NCBI GenBank assembly: GCA_050250645.1 | Contig: JBFWOG010000006.1 | Coordinates: 34,387-98,386, forward strand | DNA: 64,000 nt | Source of the DNA: Vicinamibacterales bacterium | Lineage (GTDB): Bacteria > Acidobacteriota > Vicinamibacteria > Vicinamibacterales > UBA2999 | Reading direction: 5' to 3' | In this document: in pieces, positions 63,292-64,000 of the stretch | Layout: every line of letters starts with the position of its first letter | Position numbering within the stretch: the stretch's first letter is position 1 | Notes under the pieces: generated by a model | Databases searched by the model: none | What the model was told of the DNA's origin: nothing | Seen by the model: the letters and a program-made list of their open reading frames with translations, nothing else | Program-made: the position numbers and the translations under genes

Positions 63292-64000
63292 ATGGCAGCA
63301 CGACGACTTGACGGCGCGGCGGTGGCCGCCGCGATTCGCGAGGACCTCAAGCCCCGCGTGGCGGCATTCACGGCGGCGCACGGGCGCCCACCGGGCCTGC
63401 GCGTGGTGCTCGCCGGGAACAACCCGGCGTCGGAGGTCTACGTCCGGAACAAGATCCGCACGGTGGCCGAGGCCGGCTGCGACGGCCAGCTGCACCGCCT
63501 CCCCGAGACGGCCTCGCTGGGGGAGGTGCTGGACCTGGTCGCGCGCCTCAACGCCGACGAGGCGGTGGACGCGATCCTGGTGCAGTCGCCGCTCCCGGCC
63601 GCGATGGGGAAGGAGGCGGAGCCCCGGGTGTTCGAGGCGATCGACCCGGCGAAGGACGTGGACGGGTTCCACGCCATCAACGTCGGCCGGCTGGTGCAGA
63701 AGAAGCCGTCGCTCGTCGCCTGCACCCCGCTCGGGTGCATCGAGCTGCTCGAGCGGGAGGGCATCCCCATCGCGGGCCGCCACGCCGTCGTGATCGGGCG
63801 CAGCGACATCGTCGGCAAGCCCATGGCCCTGCTGTTGCTGCACCGGGACGCGACGGTGACGATCTGCCATTCGAAGACCCGCGACCTGCCGGCCGTCGCG
63901 GCGACGGCCGACATCCTCGTGGCCGCCATCGGTCGCCCGGGCTTCGTCACGCGGGAGTTCGTCAAGCCCGGCGCGACCGTCATCGACGTGGGGACCACGC
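63292..64000 (+). CDS. folD: Bifunctional methylenetetrahydrofolate dehydrogenase/cyclohydrolase, N-terminal about 236 aa (continues beyond the window)
   Basis: My own translation of frame 1 gives MAARRLDGAAVAAAIREDLKPRVAAF...LAGNNPASEVYVRNKIR...ILVQSPLP...DPAKDVDGFH..NVGRL...CTPLGCIELL...VVIGRSDIVGKPMALLL. This ORF is not in the track because it has no stop inside the window. Confidence 0.9.
   Translation, partial: MAARRLDGAAVAAAIREDLKPRVAAFTAAHGRPPGLRVVLAGNNPASEVYVRNKIRTVAEAGCDGQLHRLPETASLGEVLDLVARLNADEAVDAILVQSPLPAAMGKEAEPRVFEAIDPAKDVDGFHAINVGRLVQKKPSLVACTPLGCIELLEREGIPIAGRHAVVIGRSDIVGKPMALLLLHRDATVTICHSKTRDLPAVAATADILVAAIGRPGFVTREFVKPGATVIDVGTT

Overview
This is a very GC-rich bacterial window. 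Its gene content (DUF1592/DUF1552 pairs, pilMNOPQ, many secreted Fn3-tagged hydrolases) suggests an Acidobacteriota- or Gemmatimonadota-like genome, but that is inference only.

Most of the window is core genome:
- pxpBC, murB and murA; a TPR-secretin next to lolA; maeB.
- pfkA and thrC; the rplM-rpsI and rpsB-tsf-pyrH-frr operons.
- pilMNOPQ followed by two lipoproteins; a TPR protein coupled to an M24 peptidase.
- accBC and thiE; a DUF1592/DUF1552/ankyrin/CxxCH cluster.
- Three amino-acid transporters, an RCK potassium-type channel, and the start of folD.

The one clear accessory region is a 9,436-bp element at 8759-18194, integrated into tRNA-Ala(CGC) and bounded by perfect 47-bp direct repeats. 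It carries:
- a P4-type integrase and an Xis/AlpA-like HTH;
- a DnaB_N + P-loop replication protein;
- a solitary HK97-like capsid gene and a Nu1-like small terminase.

I can see no portal, large terminase, tail or lysis genes in it. I read it as a capsid-encoding phage-satellite-like island, and it is my top candidate for something undescribed.

The second candidate is a same-strand block at 18274-31500. Five secreted proteins (two S8 subtilases, a reprolysin-like metzincin, a matrixin-like protein with HNxxH in place of HExxH, and a protein with an unknown catalytic domain) all carry the same Fn3-like module. They are followed by an overlapping GT-C / GT2 / acetyltransferase trio.

I also report unusual intergenic repeat architecture. 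This comprises 8-bp-periodic GATC arrays placed directly after stop codons at two loci, a 9-bp array, and opposed arrays of about 19-27 bp units between convergent genes.

Many long ORFs in the six-frame track are high-GC shadow frames and were rejected.
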